Shown in pieces: positions 62,632 to 64,000 of a stretch of 64,000 bases of DNA. This DNA is from Vulcanimicrobiota bacterium. Its GTDB lineage: Bacteria; Vulcanimicrobiota; Vulcanimicrobiia; Vulcanimicrobiales; Vulcanimicrobiaceae. Position 1 is the stretch's first letter; every line of letters begins with the position of its first letter. The translations under genes were made by a program, and so were the position numbers. Below the pieces are notes generated by a model. It had not been told where the DNA came from, did no database searches, and saw only the letters and a list, made by a program, of their open reading frames with translations. The DNA lies in contig CAVYEM010000001.1 of the NCBI GenBank assembly GCA_963767635.1, positions 81,818 to 145,817 on the forward strand, in the 5' to 3' direction.

Positions 62632-64000
62632 TGCGCGACCTGAATGACGAATTGCGGGCTCCAGCGCCGATTGCCGAAGTTGAAGTAGTACGCGCGCGAG
62701 ACGTCCACCGACATGTGCGAATTCAGGCGCACCCGCACGTCCGCCGTCACGTCGTACGGCGGCTCGCCCAAATAGTTCTCCCCGGCGATCTCGCGGCCCA
62801 GAATGTCCAGCGGCGGGGACGCGAACAGCAAGGGAATGGGTGCCGGAAAATCGTCGTGCTTACGCAAGAGTATCGACGCAGCGACGTTGCCCGCATTCTG
62901 GTAGTTGATTCCCAGCGCCAGCTCGCGAAACGTCGCCTTGCCTTCGAACGCGGCATAGCCGGGATACGCCACGCCGCCGACGACCGGCACGAACGGCGCG
63001 TACACCGCGGTTTGCAGCGCGCCGTAATAGTCGCCGGTGTTCTGTACCGAGTAATTCAAAAAAGAGAGGAAGTGGCGATCGAAGATGCGGCTCAGGCTCA
63101 GGCGCGTCGTCGTGAGATCGACGTAGTGCGGCACCGACGCCCACGTCCGGCTCTTATCAAACGTGGCGTTGACGTAATAGTTCTTCGTTTCGATGGCGCT
63201 GTTGCCGAGTTTGAGAGAAGGAACGTAGGCTTGAAGGTCGACCCCGTGCTGCCAGATTGTCGTGTAGGTGGCGCCCTGGAGCGTTTGCAGGCCGATGCTG
63301 TCGTGCGTATATCCCAGCGTGTAGCTCGTGCGCTCGTAGAGCGGCAACTTGCCGATGCGGTGATCGAAGCTCTGCGCGGTGAGCGACATTTGCCACGGGT
63401 GATCGATCACCGGGACCAGGCCGTTGTAGCCGCCGGGCGCAGGCGGCAGGAGCGAAAAATTGGTATCCGTCACGTTCAGCTGCAGAAACGACTGGGGCAG
63501 CGCTTGAACGGCCTGCAACACGGTGAACTGGCGCGCTTCGTCGGGCTGCGAGAGCCAATGCTGAAACGTGTGCAGCTGCGTGAACGTGCGCACCTGGAAT
63601 TTTTGCGAAGGGCGATCCGAGAGCACTAAATCCCAAAACTTCGAGGGGCGCGTCATCGGATTGACTGAAAAAACGGCATACGCCTTCGAGCCGCTCAGGT
63701 GCTGCTCGAACGAGAGATACGTTTTGTTCACCGTGTCGTACCGGAAGTGCAGCGCGCTGATGGCGTGCGCGCCGCCCGCGAATTCCCACGTCGCGTCATA
63801 ATTGGCGCCCGCCAGCGAGTTGTCGCCCAAATGCTGATCGTCTGAAAAATTGACGTAGTACGACGGCGTGGGAACGTATGCGCCCAGGCCGTTGGCGATG
63901 TCGATGCGGTTGCCGCCGAAGCGCACGAACGAGCGCGTTCCGACGACCGCGCTGGTCGCAGTCAGAAACGGCGCGCTTCGGCTCAAATCCGGTAGGAAGA
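62628..64000 (-). CDS. Beta-strand-rich putative outer-membrane protein. It probably continues beyond the window.
   Basis: The 452-aa ORF is rich in alternating aromatic/polar residues (YYVNF, YTLGYTHD, YYVNATF, FLNYSVQN, INYQN). I recognise no specific family. Confidence 0.45.
   Translation of the reverse strand, partial: FLPDLSRSAPFLTATSAVVGTRSFVRFGGNRIDIANGLGAYVPTPSYYVNFSDDQHLGDNSLAGANYDATWEFAGGAHAISALHFRYDTVNKTYLSFEQHLSGSKAYAVFSVNPMTRPSKFWDLVLSDRPSQKFQVRTFTQLHTFQHWLSQPDEARQFTVLQAVQALPQSFLQLNVTDTNFSLLPPAPGGYNGLVPVIDHPWQMSLTAQSFDHRIGKLPLYERTSYTLGYTHDSIGLQTLQGATYTTIWQHGVDLQAYVPSLKLGNSAIETKNYYVNATFDKSRTWASVPHYVDLTTTRLSLSRIFDRHFLSFLNYSVQNTGDYYGALQTAVYAPFVPVVGGVAYPGYAAFEGKATFRELALGINYQNAGNVAASILLRKHDDFPAPIPLLFASPPLDILGREIAGENYLGEPPYDVTADVRVRLNSHMSVDVSRAYYFNFGNRRWSPQFVIQVAQ

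Overview
This is a high-GC bacterial chromosome segment. The gene content (whiA, sepF, divIVA, csaB, and a gap-pgk-tpiA-gpmI block) looks Terrabacteria-like, but that is inference only.

**Accessory island, nt 1 to ~18000.** This part is visibly lower in GC and ends at tRNA-Val(UAC) (18003-18078). It contains:
- a heavily decayed type I R-M system (hsdM/S/R) plus a DUF45-type peptidase remnant;
- two DUF5615 PIN-like genes, one of them paired with a DUF433 gene;
- a MobC-like gene flanked by a duplicated hairpin-plus-small-ORF cassette;
- an excisionase-type HTH followed by a tyrosine integrase;
- an XRE-HTH / ImmA-IrrE metallopeptidase pair directly upstream of a Ubl-E2-JAB-E1 operon (a Bil-like bacterial ubiquitination-like system);
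- a Cys/His-rich small ORF and a decayed Fic gene.

The Ubl-E2-JAB-E1 operon is the most interesting locus in the window.

**Core genes, nt 18-64 kb:**
- enoyl-CoA hydratase, a DUF5693-like gene with csaB, ileS, an RRM protein, tgt, rluD, lspA, ccdA, lgt, yggS, sepF, divIVA and leuB;
- a mini flagellar cluster (flgF, flgG, a hidden rod-binding ORF, fliA);
- a low-GC patch (DUF5694-like gene and an orphan DUF2384 antitoxin);
- a purine nucleoside phosphorylase (PNP), gpmI-tpiA-pgk-gap-whiA, an S4-domain protein and a MATE pump;
- a GT4 glycosyltransferase with sqdB (sulfolipid), and a tiny secreted peptide;
- a three-domain YabN/MazG-hotdog fusion, a PrsA-like peptidyl-prolyl isomerase (PPIase) and mfd;
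- a CIRCE-like operator in front of hsp20;
- envelope glycosylation genes (GT87-like, O-antigen-ligase-like, GT2), pdp, and a second low-GC islet with an orphan ParD;
- tandem Pro/Thr-rich paralogs and a beta-strand-rich putative outer-membrane protein.

**Caveats.**
- Many genes carry single-base frameshifts. The density is much higher in the island than in the core.
- I saw no rRNA, CRISPR array or transposase.
- All coordinates for frameshifts and alternative starts come from manual translation and are approximate.
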